Shown here piece after piece: positions 63,223 through 64,000 of a stretch of 64,000 bases of DNA. The DNA is from Terriglobia bacterium (GTDB lineage Bacteria > Acidobacteriota > Terriglobia > Acidiferrales > UBA7541): assembly GCA_963695545.1 (NCBI GenBank), contig OY968796.1:1920001-1984000 (forward strand), in the 5' to 3' direction. Below the pieces are notes generated by a model. The model was not told the origin of the DNA. It saw nothing but the letters and a program-made list of their open reading frames with translations, and ran no database searches. The translations under genes and the position numbers were made by a program. Every line of letters starts with the position of its first letter. Position 1 is the stretch's first letter.

Positions 63223-64000
63223 ATGCGACTCCTCCTGCGCACAATCGTCCTCACGGCCGCCATCGCACTCGCTGCCTGTTTGCCGGTCCACGCGCAACAG
63301 CCATGGCTCGAGATTCAGATGCCCACCGCGGCCGAAGTCGCAAGCCAATGGAAAACGCCGCCACCGGAATATGGACCGGAGCCCTACTACGGCTTCGGCG
63401 GCGCCATGGACGAAACCGTGATCAGCTACGATTTGGATTCCATGAAGGCCATGGGCTATCAGGCGATCACCGTGCAAGCCGGCGGAAGAGATATGCCCGA
63501 GCCGTATCTTTCAGAGGCCTACTTCAAACTTTTTCGCGTGTTCGTTGACGAAGCCAAAAAGCGCGACATGCGCATCTGGATCGTCGACGACGCCGGTTAT
63601 CCCAGCGGATTCGCGGGCGGCAAGTTCACCGAGTTCGCGCCGAATCTGCGCATGCAAGCGCTGGTCGTGGCGAAGAAAATCGATGTCGCCGCCGGCGGCA
63701 CTCTGTCACAGCCGGTCACTCCGGAAACTGTCGGCGCGATCGCGGTCGATGCCGGCGGCGCTTCGCAACCAGTGCCGGTGACAAATGGCGCGATCGATTG
63801 GACGGCTCCCGCGGGAAAGTGGACCGTCTTGATCGTCGAGCATCAGTTCAGTACCTCGCCCACGATGTCGGATACAAATCCCGTGCGCCGCAAAGACACT
63901 TCTCAATCGCTCGAGGATTATCTCGATCCCGCCGCAACCGCGCAGTACCTCGCGTTCACGCACGAACAGTACAAAAAATATGTCGGCGACGAGTTCGGCA
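63223..64000 (+). CDS. Exported glycoside hydrolase, GH106 (alpha-L-rhamnosidase)-like, partial
   Basis: Manual translation MRLLLRTIVLTAAIALAACLPVHAQQPW...PPPEYGP...YLS..YF...EAKKRDMRIWIVDDAGYPSGFAGG; runs off window. Confidence 0.7.
   Translation, partial: MRLLLRTIVLTAAIALAACLPVHAQQPWLEIQMPTAAEVASQWKTPPPEYGPEPYYGFGGAMDETVISYDLDSMKAMGYQAITVQAGGRDMPEPYLSEAYFKLFRVFVDEAKKRDMRIWIVDDAGYPSGFAGGKFTEFAPNLRMQALVVAKKIDVAAGGTLSQPVTPETVGAIAVDAGGASQPVPVTNGAIDWTAPAGKWTVLIVEHQFSTSPTMSDTNPVRRKDTSQSLEDYLDPAATAQYLAFTHEQYKKYVGDEFG

Overview
A 64-kb, GC-rich, gene-dense chromosomal segment. The genome is probably Acidobacteriota (Terriglobia-like); this is inferred from the acidobacterial VWA protein, paired DUF3857 transglutaminases, DinB proteins and a stand-alone nuoB. 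Most of it is housekeeping and metabolic: nuoB, thiC, a PPi-type pfk, serA, pyk, gpmI, eno, glgC, rpsU, cydAB, a tRNA with CAT anticodon, peptidases, transporters and glycoside hydrolases. It also holds a translationally coupled purine-degradation operon (guaD-xdh x3-allB-alc-uraD-uraH-uricase). No transposase, integrase, prophage or CRISPR-Cas is visible. The main unexplained signal is a dispersed, degenerate, AT-richer intergenic element found three times (about 6565-6919 +, 32880-33210 -, 42372-42637 +). Each copy has a TTCGAA-centred palindrome, a TTGACA/-10 promoter, a start codon 5 nt after the -10, repeated ~22-nt boxes and a terminal CCGGGGGT box; two copies share a 50-nt hairpin with compensatory changes. 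Also notable: an operon of an HtrA-like pseudo-protease, an active HtrA-like protease and a pseudo-receiver LuxR regulator, and a CitE/HpcH-fold enzyme abutting the purine operon, which lacks a ureidoglycolate/glyoxylate step.
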